Below are positions 1 to 14,459 of a DNA stretch of 64,000 nucleotides, piece by piece. The DNA is from Camelus ferus. Lineage: Eukaryota. Position 1 is the first letter of the stretch; each line of letters begins with the position of its first letter. Made by a program: the position numbers and the translations under genes. The stretch covers positions 26,848,001 to 26,912,000 of the forward strand of contig NC_045697.1 of the NCBI RefSeq assembly GCF_009834535.1, written 5' to 3'. Under the pieces are notes generated by a model. The model saw nothing but the letters and a program-made list of their open reading frames with translations, made no database searches and was not told the origin of the DNA.

Positions 1-2739
1 TATAATCACAGTGGTCAATGTTTTAATCAATTACAAATGTAGAATTTTATTGTTGCCATAGCTTTTTGAAATCCTTATCTTCCTGAGTTGAGAGGTATTA
101 TATCTTTTTAAAAACCTGGTGTACGAGAGTGATTTGATACTTAATAGGATAGGACCCAACAATGTATCAGTCTTAGAATTTTTGAAGTATTCCTAAAGAA
201 TTGGAACTTAGATGTTATTTGTGAGAATCAATGGAAATGGGGGGAGTCAGATAATTTGACCAAGATTTTTGTTGATACCTCAGTGGTATCTGAGGAGTAT
301 AAAGTGATCAAGAAAACTGTCATCTCTAGGAAGGATATTTAGGATCCATCCTTCTACATGCTCTTGAGTAGGGTTAGGAGATGAAGATTCTGGGGATAAC
401 CCCCAAAGCTCTTGGGGCTTAAGTTTTCTCATTTAAACTAAGAGGCTGGCCCTTGATCAGCTTACTGTACACCTTCTATGAAATCGAAAGATCACATCAA
501 ATATTTAAATTCCTTTAAAAAATATCCTGTCAACATTCTCTGGAAGGTCACTAGCATTGAGTTCATCTAAACCTATATAGCCCCTCTAATCCATATCCCA
601 GAGTGTACCACCAGCCTCAGGACCTCACACCCTGTTTTGGGGGGACTCTACCAGTGCCCATTGGACTTCTTTATAAGGCCCAGACCTCCAGGTTCTCCTT
701 CAGCCAGAGTGGCCCCATGCATCTGATGGCACTGTTGCTACAGCTCATTTACAGGAAACGTCCTCTTAGAATGAATTATATAAAAGTGGGGAGTGAAGAC
801 AGTTTGATTAGAAGGGTAGATTGTGGATGAGGTGCACATACCTCTCTCTGCCCAACACCAGTGAGTATGTGGTGCTCAGGATGCTGTGACAGCCCTTGTG
901 GTTGGCTGTCCTCCAGAACCAAGGCTGCATATCTGGGTCTTTGCAGCCAGGCACTCTCCTTGTATCCCTTCAAAGACTAGAGACCTGTGGTTGTGGGTAT
1001 CAGAGAGGCTTATGGGCGGAGATGCTAGGAGCTTGTTTGTCTTCAGAGATGACACTCTCAGTTATTGTTTTACCAGTGAGGTGCCTCTCTCAGCCAACTC
1101 CACAGTAAGACTTTTTTTTCCCCTCATATCTAATGATAGGCAAGACTGATTTAAGAAAAAAAATCTTGAAACTGTGTGTGATCCTGGAAACCATCTCAGA
1201 TACCATATAACTTAACAATCCTTCACATACCACCTCCCACTCATAATACAGTCATTTTACTAGTAAGGAACAGAAAGCTAGTCAAGCAACAGTCATTATT
1301 GGCAGAACTTGAGTTTAGTCATGGGTCTCCCTTCCTGGCCAACTTTATAGCACACTATGTACTAGGGAATTAGACTTTTTATTTTTAGGGTTCTTTTTTA
1401 AACGATCTCTGATACGTGTTCTCTGTAATTCAGCAACATTCGGTTATTTTTCCAAATCTCTGAAATCATTAGAAAAAAAATAAGGTTGCTAAAACAGATT
1501 TGTAAATAATTATCCTAAAAGTTTCTCCTACTTTTTGAAATATTATTTAATTGGCTAATCTCTAAGACCTTCTGGTAATGTACAATATAATAATATGTTT
1601 ATAGTAATATGAAAGAGATAAATAAGACCATTCTGATTTATAATTTTTATAAGTACCCAAGAATCAAATGAAAAACATACTTTGGCATTTTCACAAATTC
1701 ATATTTATTATATTAATTGATTGATATCCACATGATGGATGTTATTTCCTAACATTTAATTTTCTTTGAGAAAGTATATGTTTTGGTTTCACTTGGACTG
1801 GATAGTCTTTTCTAAATAATCTTTAAGTAACAATATATTTTTACTTTGTTTAGGATACTAATATGTATCTATATATTTTATCTTCATGTCATTCTTTTGA
1901 CAGTTTTATGCAGATGTTTTAGTAAACTGATTTTTTCCATCAAAAATGTTATATGCAGAAAATTCTCTCCTCCTTAATGCTCAGAATATAGGGTATTCTC
2001 TTACTGTCACTACTTACACCATCAAGTGATAGCAATTTTTAAAAATTACTTTATCAAACTTACGCTGGACAGAATTCCACTGATATTTTTGAAGACTCAT
2101 CAGATATAGGTGAAGACTTTGAAGCAGCTTCTTGTTAGAATCATGACATCAACTGGCCTTAGTCCGTATGTGTGCAGGAGAGTCATTTAAAGCTATTGCC
2201 AGTAGAAATCTACAGAGAGCAATTCTCTGTATTTAGTTGACTGAACAATAGGATATAGCATCACAGTATCATTTAATACATAAAGGTTATTTTCAAATAA
2301 AATTTTTTTGCCATCTGTAAAAAAAAAAAAATTTACTTTCGAGTATGATTGGTAAGTTCACCATTTTTATGTGGTGGCGTGTTTTATCTAGCAACAGCTT
2401 TAGGGACTTTGGCAATTTTGTTGACTATAACTGCAGTGATGCTGAAATCCCCAGGATACCCTAGTGTTGAAATATCATCTAAATGACACATGTGCTTGTT
2501 GGGTCAGGATTCCCCCACTGTCAGAGTTGGAGAAGTACAGTAACTGTTTTCCTGCCGTGTTACTGTACTGTGGACAGGCCCTTGCATTCTGGAACATGAA
2601 AGTAGTGTCATAGGATACTCACTTAGATATTAGTGCATTTCGGTTCACATCAAACTGAGCAAGTGCAGAGACAATTACATAGGGTAGAAAGGGTAAGAAT
2701 TAGAATCAGTGTTGTGGGGCAGTAGAAACAAAGTGTGTA

Positions 2740-2935
2740 GCCCAGGATTAAACCATGCCTTGACCAGGAGGACCTCTTGTGTGCACTTGGGCAAGTTTCC
2801 TATCAACTTTGAGTCTCCTCATGTATGAAATTGAGATCATGACACCTGTTTCACATGATTATTGTGAGGTTTAGTGAAAGTGTGTGTCACAGTACCTGAG
2901 CAGTTACTGGGATGGTCTTAGTAAATGGTAGTTGA
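2740..2935 (+). mobile_element. MIR SINE fragment
   Basis: ttgggcaagttt...tctcctcatgtatgaaattgagat...gattattgtgagg resembles the MIR core. Confidence 0.65.
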
Positions 2936-4879
2936 ATATGAATCTTTGGTCCTTGTCTTCTCACAAAGCTTAACTTGGTTTTAATGACACTGAAAGAAAA
3001 AAGTCAGTATAAAGAAGATAGGATATTTTCTAGTGTGAAATGTCATATGTGGATCTTTTATGTCAACAGGATTAAAGCCAGTGCAAGGAAAATCAATTTC
3101 ACACATTAGCCTTCTGGAAATGCCTCCTGTTCCAGCATCCCTCTGGCCCAGTATCACTTAACCCTGAGGTGAAAATGAATATAGCAAGAGGGAGAAACAG
3201 TTGTTAAACTTATCACAATAGCCAAGCTATCAAATTAAACATGTTATTTATAGTGTTTCTAATTGTCACCCTAATTTATATATTAATTTTTCAAGCTAGC
3301 ATGTGCAGAAATTTAATCAGCAACCCCTTATTTCCGTGGAGGTTTATTGGTTATACTCTGGGAGAGAATTCAGGCATCAAAATCTATTCTGCCTCCGCTG
3401 GCAGAGTCCATCTGCACAGTAGCAGCGTTTGTAGAAAAGTAGAAATTGCTGTGAGCTGCCTATTTGCATTTGTTACACAATGCTGAACAATAGAACTGAA
3501 TTAGTGGTTGGTTTTCATGGGATTAACTGAACCCAGTTGTTTTAGGAACATAAAAGATTGGGCATGATTGTACTGGATGACTCATTTGTTAGTTATTTAA
3601 ATAAAACTGAGCTCTAGAAAAAAAGAGTTTATTAATTTCTGATGAATTATTAGTTATTTTTATATTTTGTTTATGTTAATTCCACATATGGTTTACATCA
3701 CAATTTTAGCTTTGCCTTACTTTCTTTTTAATCTCTGAGGTTTCCAGTGACTTTTTAGGATGAATCTCTTAACCTGAATACCTAAGTATTGATGGATTTG
3801 GGGACAGATCCAACATGGTTCCATTATTCCAATTTTACCACCCCAGTTAATATAATCTAGCTTTGAATGCTATAAATTGGAAGTTTCCACATAACTTCTA
3901 TGTTTTTTCATGAGTCATCTCAGCGGTTCTTGTTTATGCTTATACCACTTACTTGCACAGAAGCACCATTTTTCAAAAATCAGCAATTTACTATTTATGA
4001 AATTAATACTTTGATTTGATTTAATTCATTTATTTCAGAAATTGCAATAGTAGTAATGTTTCCTGGGTAAATAAGGTCATTTCATCCATTTTCCCCCAAA
4101 ATATTATTTTGTTTGAAGAAATAAGACTTCTGTAAATAAATCTATTAAGAAAGTTTACTCAAGAGATACGTTATTATTTTGATAATTTCATTTTTCTTTC
4201 ATTTTTTCCTCTCTTCCCTCTTAGGGCATTCCAGAAAACCTTGTATAGTCTGAGGTTAATTGATATCATTGGTATTCCCACTATAGTTTATCAGCTTTTT
4301 TTCTTTAATTATAAAATTTTTGATTCTGAAAGATTTTAGGCATGCAGAAAATGTACCATCCCGATTTAACCAGATTTGCGATATAGGCCTCAGATTCTTT
4401 TTAAACAGGTATTTCTTCAGTGAGAATCCTGACCACTGTGCTTGCCCCCTTCCCTCAAGGGAGCAGAGCATGAGTTTGTATCTGGTGTAGTTACGTCTTA
4501 AAAGATTGAAAGATACAGGTGTTCTATATACTGTACATGATATATTCTAAAAGAGCAGGTTATAACATGAGTTAAGAAAATCAAAGACTCTGATTTCTTT
4601 CTCCTTTGGAAGGCATGTTATTTCCCCACCATGAACTAAAAGTGGTCTCAGCTCAAGGTGCTCTTATCCTAAATGGATTGCCAGTCCTTTCCAGTTCCCA
4701 ATGCCTTGGTCTATTTTATGTCTGCATATGGTGTTATTCCCTTCAAAGGATAGTTTTGGGCCTGAAATAGGAAAAGAACTGCCGCTTTGTCTCCTGCCAG
4801 CCCCCTCCCCTCCACCATCACCTTTCCTCCTGGCTTTGGAGGAATCCCCTTGAAATCATAATGAAAATATGAGATTCCA

Positions 4880-4975
4880 AGAAGACCCAGACTTTTATCT
4901 ATTTTTAGTGTGTCTTAAGCAGTTTCTGATATAAACTAGGAATTCCATAAATGTTTATTGAATGAATGAATGAGT
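4880..4975 (+). mobile_element. L2 3' terminus
   Basis: ataaatgtttattgaatgaatgaatga is the typical L2 tail. Confidence 0.6.
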
Positions 4976-5171
4976 CAGTCAGCCACAGATAATGAGAACT
5001 TTTCCCATTTCCTGAGATTTTTAGAAATTCTTCATTACTCTATGTAACCTTTCATCCGTGATCTTAATGTCTGACTTTGCATAGCCAGAGGACTCCCGGG
5101 AGGCAACTCCATACTTAACTTTTGGGTGCTAATATACTTGCATCTAAACAGGCCAACCAACCATCTTTCCC

Positions 5172-5630
5172 CAAAAATTTTTAATGAAAATTTTCAAACA
5201 TATAGGAATGTTAAGAAAATTATATGGTAAACTATCATACCTACCACCTAGATTCTATAGTTAATATTTTACATATTTGCTTCATTATATATTTCTCCAT
5301 CACTTTTTTATTATATGCATTTCAAAGTAAATTGCAGTCATCAGTACACTTCACCCTTAACATACGTCATGAGTATCATTAGAGTTCAATACTTGTTGAC
5401 AGATCTTTCGTTTGCTTTTTGAGGTAAAATTTATGTGTGGTGAAATGTACACATCCTAAGTGCATTATTTGATGAGTTTTGACAAATACCTGCATCAATA
5501 TGGAATAAAGCTTTAACTAAATATAGCACATTTTTGTTCCCTGAAAGTTCCCTCAAGTCCGTTCCCAGTCAGTCTCCATCCCCACCCCCAGAGGCAACCA
5601 CGGTTCTGATTTTCTCCACCATAGATTAGT
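5172..5630 (-). mobile_element. Ancient L1M 3'UTR fragments
   Basis: ttttgaggtaaaattt...tgatgagttttgacaaat...cagaggcaaccac...atagattagtt resembles antisense L1MB/ME 3' ends. Confidence 0.65.
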
Positions 5631-5919
5631 TTCAAGCAACCAATTATTAGCAAATGCTTTTTTCCTGTTTAAAAAGAAAAAGAAAAAAAGCATTGTTTGG
5701 CTCTGGTCACATGCATAAGTACCCTGCCTGAAGGTTGAATGAGCAATCCATTTTCACATCTTGTAATTTTCTGATGCTGTAATTTCTGTCTCTCTTCTGA
5801 TGATTCACTTGCCCTTCTCCCTAATAATTTAAGCACCTTCTAATTCCTTTCTCATAGTTACAGGTACTAAGGGAAGAAGAAGCTGTCCTTAGAAAATTAG
5901 AGAAGCATGCCGTTTCAGA

Positions 5920-7040
5920 AATCAATTCAGCCAGCATTTACTAAGGGCTTACTTTGTCCCAGGTACCGGGCTACACATAGAGGATGTTCAGATGAATAAA
6001 ACATGCGCAAGTCAAAGCATAGGAGATGCACACATAAGCCAGTAACTTCCAGGCATTTGTTTGCTCTGTTCAGAAAATGGTTACTGAGCCTCTCCTATGT
6101 GCCAGGCAGTGGGGATGTTACCAAGTCCAAACTTGTTCTGCTCGCACAACAGGCCAATAAATTGGGAGATGAAGTGTTGGGGCAAGGAATAGTGACTTTA
6201 TTCAGAAAGCCAGCAGACCAAGAAGATGGCAGACTAATGTCCTAGAGAACCATCTTCCCCAAGTCAGAACTCAGGCTCCTTTTGTACTAAAAAAGGCAGA
6301 GTGCGCTTGTTATTAACTTCTTGGTGTTGGAATCCCTTGTTCTTGCAGCTGTCCATGTGGGTCAGGTCATGATGTCCCTGTAAATCTCCAACAAAACAAA
6401 TGTCATTTCCTATTATGCAACTTTTTATCTTTATATGATTGCAAAACTGTTAATACCCTTAAAAGAGCCTTGAGAAGAGGCTCTCCTGAGTATTTCAGGC
6501 TACAGGCAACATTCTTTTACAAAAGGTGCAGAACCAGCCCAGGAAACAGAGCACAGGGTTAAAGCCAAAGGAACAGATTTAATACAGAGTCAGATTTGTT
6601 CTTTTTTATTACAAGGAAACAGCCCTGAATAACGCAAACATGGATCCTGCCCGCAGGGGCTTCAGCTTAGAGTTGGAGGCAAGGCTTCGTAACTTTAAGT
6701 GTGCCGAGTATTCCAAATCAGAAGTGCAGAGTGGTACAGGAGTGTCTAGCAAGCAGGTGGAACTTGGGCCATTCTGGGAGGATGCAGGTGGTCAGAAAAG
6801 GCTTCCTGGAAGACATTGCCTTCAGCTGGTATCTCAAGGACAAGCAGGAGTAAACCAGGATCAAGGGGGTACCCAGGAGTTCGGTTACAGACATGTGGAA
6901 ATGGCAGGAGGTAACATGCGGCTGGTTGGAAAATGGAAATAGGGCATAGAGAGCAAGGAGGAAAGTGCTAAAAAGTGAAGCCTGGAGAAGGAGATGGGAT
7001 AAATCCAGAAGATTCTTGCAACATTGATCAGGAAAAGAGT
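5920..7040 (-). mobile_element. L2 fragments interrupted by a solo LTR
   Basis: catttactaag...tgtcccagg and ttactgagcctctcctatgtgccaggc before 6116; L2-like sequence resumes at ~6620 (catggatcctgccc...). Confidence 0.6.
6116..6613 (-). mobile_element. ERV1-type solo LTR (498 bp)
   Basis: Ends TGTTA...TTACA, flanked by ggga/agga (4-bp TSD with 1 mismatch). AATAAA on the minus strand at 6197-6202 near its 3' end; it splits an L2. Confidence 0.8.
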
Positions 7041-9962
7041 ATTTGACATGCTGATTTCGTTGTCTTCTTCATTCTTCACACCTCAGATAAATTGATTCAA
7101 ATTGGATTCAGTTTGTGTCCTCTTGAATTGGCTACACTGTTGTTTCAGAAAGAAGTAGTTGGGAGAAGAAGAGTTAAAGAGCCCTAGAGTCAAGAAATGA
7201 TATGACAAAGTCTTGATTTAGTCAACTTCTGGAACCCTGAGAGAGAGAAAGGGAGCGCAGGGGTTCTTTGCCCAAAGGCCTGAGATCAGCCCAGCGTGCG
7301 CTGCCGGGATGAGCAGACTCCTGAGCAGGCCTTCCCCAGTCCTTAGTTCAGCAATTTAAAAAGAACTAAATGTGGGCTGAGTTCTCACCGTCTTATCATT
7401 TTGATTTTTTTTGCATTATTTAATGCCTTGTAATAAAATTATTGAAATGCATAACTAATAGTCCAATCTAAGGAGTGCTGTGAGAAATTTTTAAAACTAT
7501 GTTAAATGCAACATTGTGTTCATCCCAGATAGGATTATATAGGGAAAAAAAAAAGATTCAGCTGCTGCATTGAATTGCATGCTATTGCTGATAAAAGCTC
7601 CATTACCTTTTTGTAAATTTAATTTTAATTACATCAGTGTCGTGGGCTCCATGCAGATATTTACTTTTTGTATAATGGATTTTTTAAGGGAATATATTCC
7701 ATGAAGGCAGTAATTGTTGAATATTTCATTTGAAAGCAAATGCTTAAAGTATTTTTACAACATTCAACATGGATACTTTGGGAAAAGTAAAGTAAAAACA
7801 TCCTTTAAAGGATTAAAAGGAAACTTTTACAACCTTTAGCTATGGGTAGTATTTAGAATTTCACACTGATAATTATATTATTGATAAATGCATTAGAGTG
7901 AGGGATAACACTACTAAAACTTTGTTTTGCTGTTTTTTCTGTGTGAAACTGTATTAATGTTTGAGAAAATATATTAATGATGAGACCAGATGAACACATC
8001 CATAAATACTTAATGATCGAGATATTTAAACGTATCTCATAACATTAAAATTAAGGTACCATCTATCATATACCTTTGGTATAGGTAACACGTCAAACTC
8101 TTTGCTGGAATTGTCATTTCTTGAAAAAATGGGAAAACTGAATATGAGCTGCTGACTCCTTAGATACTGAAGCACCTCTGACTGAAGATCAGTTTGGGTT
8201 AATTATCTTAACAGGATCACACAGCATTAGGTTTAAAATATGTGTATATGTGTTTATGTATATGTATTTTTGTAAAGACCAGACTTAATGATTCTGAAAT
8301 ATTTCAAAGGAGAAGTTATCACATGTATTCTCTCCTCAGGCCCACCCATGCGGTGGGTTCCTTGAGAAAATGCATTGTTGGTGCAAATTCTCAGATGCTG
8401 CAAAGATCCATGCAGAGAACTGGGGCCAGTGATATTTCACCTCCTGCCCCCAACTCCTATCCAAACTGGTATTAAGACACTGAGGTTTCCTGTCAAACAC
8501 GAAGATCCAAACTGCGTTCTCTAAACTGTCAATGCCTGTTAAACACAGATTAAGTCTATTTCTGAAAATGTTTTTTCAAATGATCAGTTGATACTGGTCA
8601 GTATCCAATGAGTCATCAGTAGGCTAGCATGGGGGCTAAAGTGAGCACTGACACTTCCAACAAAACGGGTTTGTTTGAACAAGTCAATATTTTTTCCTCA
8701 ACTTCCACGTGGAATCAGTCAAAATCAATCTCTCTCCCTCTGAAACCATAAAAACATATTATTTTTAACTTTTAAACACCACATGCTTTTGATTTAGAGG
8801 TATTTGTATCAGTGTCTGTCTGCGTGTTAGCTATTACACCACATAACGGCGGGGATGGGGCAGGTTTCTCTTATCTTCCATACCTTAAGGATGGTGCTTT
8901 GCACATGAGAAGGGTGCAATGAATATTTGCTGATAACTTAATTCATTATCAGTATCTAGCAAATCCATGTTTGTCCCTAAAAGCAGTCATTATGGGAACC
9001 CTTTTGATATCTGTTTGATGTCTTTATGAGGAATCTTTTTTGAAATAAAAATGTCAACTTAAATATAATCTTCCAATCTGCCAATTGTTAATGAACATCA
9101 AATATGACATACAAATGTGTGTCACTTTCATATTTCATATGTTGCCCAAATGGATTAATTACCTTCCTCTCTAGCTGTGTATCGTACCTTATATTAACTC
9201 TCTTTAAAGTGCATGTCTCTTATACGTTTGTACATTTAGTTTATTTTATAACCAGATGGTGGATTGTATGTTTATTTGGAGGATTGTGTTGATAGCGTGT
9301 AGTAAGAGAAATTTATATGAAAAATGAGTATTTGCTTTTATTAATGGTGTTAAGGATTTAAAGTGCTTTCTTATTAACGTGGAAGAAACCTTCATTTATT
9401 GTTGTTCCTACCAGTTCTTGCAGACCATGTGTTATCGGTTAGTACTTGACAAATGTTAAGGCTGGGACACTGCATTTAAAAGAAAACAAGATGATTCTGA
9501 CACCAGAAAACCAAAGGAGGCGTGTCCATGAACATTTGAAACTAATCAAAAGCACAGTGAAAGGGTTATCAGTAAATGTCAGAAGGCAAGTCAAGAGTGT
9601 TCCACAGGTCACAGGAGGTCTCTCCTCCCCCCCACACCCCCACGGAGGGAAGGTTTTCTGCATCAGCAGGTGAGGGAAAGTAATGGGAGGGGAACCTCAG
9701 AGCTGATGCAGTAAGATAGGTGTGAGAGCTTCCGGTTTTGTTGGTGTAATGTACAATCTACTATTCCCATGGCTTCCACACACCAGTGAAAGAGTACAGA
9801 TACAACAGTTTGGGAATGAGTATTATGCTCTTGACAGTTTTAACTTTAGTATACCACTAATAAGCAGTTGACGCTAGGCTATTTCAGAGAAATCCTTGGT
9901 ACCAAAGACCACTATCTAGTATAGAATTCTCAGGACTCTGCTTTAAAAAAAAAAAAAAGCCT

Positions 9963-10620
9963 CCCATTTCTTAAAAAACTAGAAATAGACTTACCCTATG
10001 ATCAGGCAATCCCACTCCTGGACATGTATCTGGAGGAAACTCTATTTTGAAAAGACACATGCACCCCAGCATTCATAACAGCACTATTTACAACAGATGA
10101 TTAGATAAAGAAGATGTGGTGTATATACACAATGGAATACTACTCAGCTGTTAAAAAAAAAGAATAAAATAATGCCATTTGCAGCAATATGGATGGACCT
10201 AAAGATTATCATACTAAGTAAGCCATAAAGAGAAAGAAAAATATGATATTACTTATATGTGGAATCTTTTAAAAATGACACAAATGAACTTACTTACAAA
10301 ACAGAAACAGACTCACAGGCATAGAAAACAAACTTACGGTTACCGGGTGAGAAAAGGAGGTGGAGGAATAAAATGGGAATTTGGGATTCGCAGATACTAA
10401 CTACTATATACAAAGTAGATAAATAGCAAGATCTTATTGTATAGTGCAGGGAACTATATGCAATAACTTGTAATAGCCTATAATGAAAAAGAACAGGAAA
10501 AGGAATATATGTATGTATAAATGAATCACTATGTTGTACACCAGAAACTAACCCAACATTGTAAATTGACTATACTTCAATTAGAAAAAAATAAAAATAA
10601 AAATTTTAAGAAAATATAAA
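9963..10620 (+). mobile_element. 5'-truncated L1 (end of ORF2 plus 3'UTR and A-tail), cetartiodactyl type
   Basis: ttaccctatgatcaggcaatcccactcctgg...tgactatacttcaa plus A-rich tail. TSD-like aaaaagcct/aataagcct (ending 9962 and 10629) at a ttt/aaaa endonuclease site. Confidence 0.9.
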
Positions 10621-11599
10621 AATAAGCCTTACACCCTCAAGCCCCAGGTACTCATTTTCTGCTCTGTAGAACTCATTTTGTGCTGATTATCCATAAGGAG
10701 CAGCTAAGAAGGGTGGTTCTGTTTTGGCTTCATTCCAGCACAGTCACAGAGTGTCTCATATTGGTGTTGTAAGAAATGATTTACATTGAGCAAGAGAACA
10801 CCATCACCTATGTGTGAGAGCCAGATCTACTCCCACTTTGGTGATAGTCAGGGACTGATTTTTTTTTCTTGTTTGTAACTGTTTCCTCCCTTTGTATAAT
10901 GTAAGCATCCCTACTGAGGTAGGTAGATGGGTAGAGAGATGGGTGGGTGGCTGGGTGCGTGAAAGTACAGATGGATGGGAAAGGAGGGAGCTCTTCCTCA
11001 CAATGGAAACTTAATTATAAATGTAAAATATGATGGAAATAGAAAATTGTTATTTGCCAACTGGTAATAATTTATTGAGGCAAGGATCTTCAATAGATTA
11101 AGTAGTGGCTGAAAGGTTGAGAAACAGTAGGACATTATATTGTCTCAGAGGACTCCCCTACAAGATGCCTATCAATTACAAAAGAAAAATAGTTATTTTA
11201 TCAGGCAGAAAAGTTTTTAATCACTCCAGTGTGATGGTGGTGGTGGTGGTGGAACCAGCTTTTACTGAGATGTTACTACGTGAGAAGTACTTTATGTATG
11301 TTGATTTAATTTCAATGAGGCAGATAGTATGGATATTCTCTGAGGTTTTTAAATGTTTAGGATCTCACTCTGGGACATGCATTTTATGTTTAACCAAGCC
11401 GGTATTAAACCCCAGGATTCCTCTTGACAGCTGTATTCTGCCAACTCTTTCTCCTGTATATAATCTGTCACTCAGTTTCCTTTTAAATGTCTCTTCTTTG
11501 CACCCTTTATTTTCCTGCTGTAATCAAGGTCTAAGCTCTCTTTACCACGTGTATGGATTACTGCAGCTATTTCCAGGCAAGCCTCCCTATTCCAGTTTC

Positions 11600-11811
11600 T
11601 TTTTTTTTTTTATTGAAGTATAGTCAATTTACAATGTTGTGTTAATTTCTAGTGTACAGCATAATGATTCATTTCTACACATATATATATTCCCTTTCAT
11701 ACTCTTTTTCATTATAGGCCATTACAAGATACTGAATATAGTTCCCTGTGCTATACAGTAGGACCTTGTTATTTTATCTATTTTATATATAGTAGTTAGT
11801 ATCTGCAAATC
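11600..11811 (-). mobile_element. Short L1 3' end
   Basis: T-run followed by attgaagtatagtcaatttacaatg...; reverse complement resembles 10390-10580. Confidence 0.88.
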
Positions 11812-13446
11812 CTTTCTTTGTCATGTCTTCCGTATCTAATGTTTCCCTGTGTACCATTCCATAAGATCACATTTATCACATCATCACCCTGCCTGCTTCC
11901 TTGTTTTCAAGATTCTCAGTAACTTGATCCCAATACTGTAACTTGTTTCCTTATCCAATTAGGATGTTTTGTTCACAGACCCTTGCCCCTTTCTATAATA
12001 AGCTCCAGGTCTTTTCCTCCATCAGGAAAGCTCTCTTTTCTACTACTACTAGGGTACTAGTCTTTTTCTGAATTCTACTCATTTTCAAGTCATAGCTTCC
12101 CCCAAATCTTCCCCAACTTGGGCCTCAAAATTAGTCTTCTGTCTAGAATGTGTTTAATTTAGTATGGAATCATTTTCTGTTTTCTACAGGTACCTTAATC
12201 TTGACTCTGTCTGAAGCAAGCTCCTTTGCATTGGGGACCATGTGGTATTTCCTTTAGTTTCCCAATAGCTAGCTGAGTGTTGGGTACCTGGTAGAGTCTG
12301 GACAAATGGAGGACTGGCTGACTGATGATTACTCTACACAGACAGGTCAGCCAGGTGCAGGTAGACCCCCGTTAGTAAGCAACAGCTGCATTTTGGATGC
12401 TGTATGAAAATGTTTTTCTTGTGGACTGACGTATATGATGAATTGCTGTTCTGTATGTTCCTTCCTCTGTATGTAGTCTTTTCTTTCCCATTTGATTATG
12501 AGAAATAATTGCTTACACCCCCCAAATTCCCAACACACAGAGGAACCTCAAAAGACTTGTAGCTGATAGACTAGTTATAATACAACCCCTGTTCATTGTA
12601 CAACAAACTGCACTGCTTAGTGTTCCTCAAACACAACATGCACTTTTTTAAGACTTCCTCATTTTGCTCATGATGCTACTAGAAGAGATTTCCTCTTTTC
12701 TACCTGAGAAAATCTTGTCCATATTTCAAGTCCTAATTAAATTGTCATCTTCACTGGTAAACTCTCCCTGCTCATTGGATACAATTAATCATCCCTCTGT
12801 CTCTCCTTCAGTAGCATTTTGCTTATCCCTCTATTCCAGAACTTGCTGTGCATCATTGAATCCCATTCTTAGCTGACTGCTGTCTGGCCCCAAGTTATTG
12901 TGAATGCTGAGGGCAGGGCTATGCCTTGTGCATCTTTTATTTTGAAAGAAACCCTTTAGCAGCCGATAAATTTTCATGTGGCAAGCCCTTGTTGAGAACT
13001 GTATGTGAATGAAGTCATTCTAGTGGAGGGTGAAATTAAATTATATGTGAATGAGTAGATCTGAGATGCCACATATAGTTCTTACCGAGTGATCTTTAAA
13101 TAGACTTTAGCATGAAAGGAAGGGAATAATTAAAGATGAATTATTCTAATTTAAAAAACTTTGTCCTCAAGATTACAAAGAAATTGAAAACTCTGAAGTT
13201 ACCAATTTTGCAGTAACTTCATGTACTATGAATAGCTTTGTAATATATATGAACTATTTCTGAAAAGAAAATACTTTGTTAGAATAAAGCACAAGGAAGT
13301 ACTTAAGTTTCCTCAACAAATGGGTGGTTATAACATTAACATCTAGTTTAAAGGCTACCTGAGAAATTTTAACAAGCAGAGTGGACAAAGAATAAGGACA
13401 CTCAAAACATTATCATTCTCCAGAAAACATAAGGCACTAAAGTTTT

Positions 13447-13666
13447 TTTTTTTTAATTGAAATATGGTCAGTTACAGCATGTCAGTTTCTAGTGTACAGC
13501 ATAATGTCCCAGTCATGCATATACATACATATTAGTTTTCATATTTTTCATTAAAAGTTATTATAAAGAATATAGTTCCCTGTGCTATACAGAAGAAATT
13601 TGTTTTTTAAATATTTTTATATATAGTGGTTATCATTTGCAAATCTCAGACTCTCAAATTTAGAGT
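13447..13666 (-). mobile_element. Short young L1 3' end with TSD
   Basis: TSD ctaaagtttt at 13437-13446 and 13667-13676; same 3' family as 18893-19000. Confidence 0.88.
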
Positions 13667-13769
13667 CTAAAGTTTTCATTCTCATGACTTACCTGCTAGT
13701 TTTATCTAAGATTTTTCAAATTCTATTTTTTAATCCCCCAAATTAAAAATTATTTTATGCAACTAGTGT

Positions 13770-14325
13770 TTTGTTAAAGTATAATTGACATACATCATCA
13801 TTAGTTTCATACGTACAACATTCTATTGTTTTCTTTGGAAATATTCCCAGAAGTGGAATTGCTGGGTCATGTGGCTGTTCTATTTTTTTTTTTGAGGAAC
13901 TTTAATCTCGTTCTCCATAGTAGCTGCACCAATTTACACTCCCACTAACAGTGCATGAGGATTCTTTTTTCTACACATCCTCACCAACACTTGTAATTTC
14001 TTGTCATTTTGATAAAAGCCAGTCTGACAGGTGTGAGATGATAACTCATTGTGGTTTTGATTTGCATTTCCCTGGTGACTAGTGATGTTGAACATCTTCT
14101 CATGTGCCTGTTGGCCATCTGTGTGTCTTCTTTGGAAAAATGTTGATTCAGAGCCTCTGCCCATTTTTAATCAGATTGTTCGTTTGTTGTTGGGCTGTAT
14201 GAGTTCCTTATGTATTTTGGATATTAACCCCTTATTGGATACATGATTTGCAAATATCCTCTCACTTTTTCTTTCGTTGAAGATTTCCTTTGCTGTGAAG
14301 AAGCTTTTTAGTTTGACGTAGTAAC
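13770..14325 (-). mobile_element. L1 fragment (3' tip joined to ORF2 C-terminal region)
   Basis: ctcattgtggttttgatttgcatttccctg...; the minus-strand ORF 13934-14164 reads L1-like (alternative frame of ORF2). Confidence 0.88.
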
Positions 14326-14459
14326 TAATTTGTTTTTAGGCGTAGCTTTGTATTTACCAATTTATTTGCACACCAGTGCTGCTTGCATCTCACACTATAT
14401 ATTTGAGACAATTTTTATTCCACCTGAAATGTCTCTTTTAGAATTTCCTTCTAAAGAAA

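Noticed and set aside
11105..11623. 172-aa ORF
   Set aside because: Runs through MIR/L2-like sequence into an L1 poly(T) tail; no protein signature.
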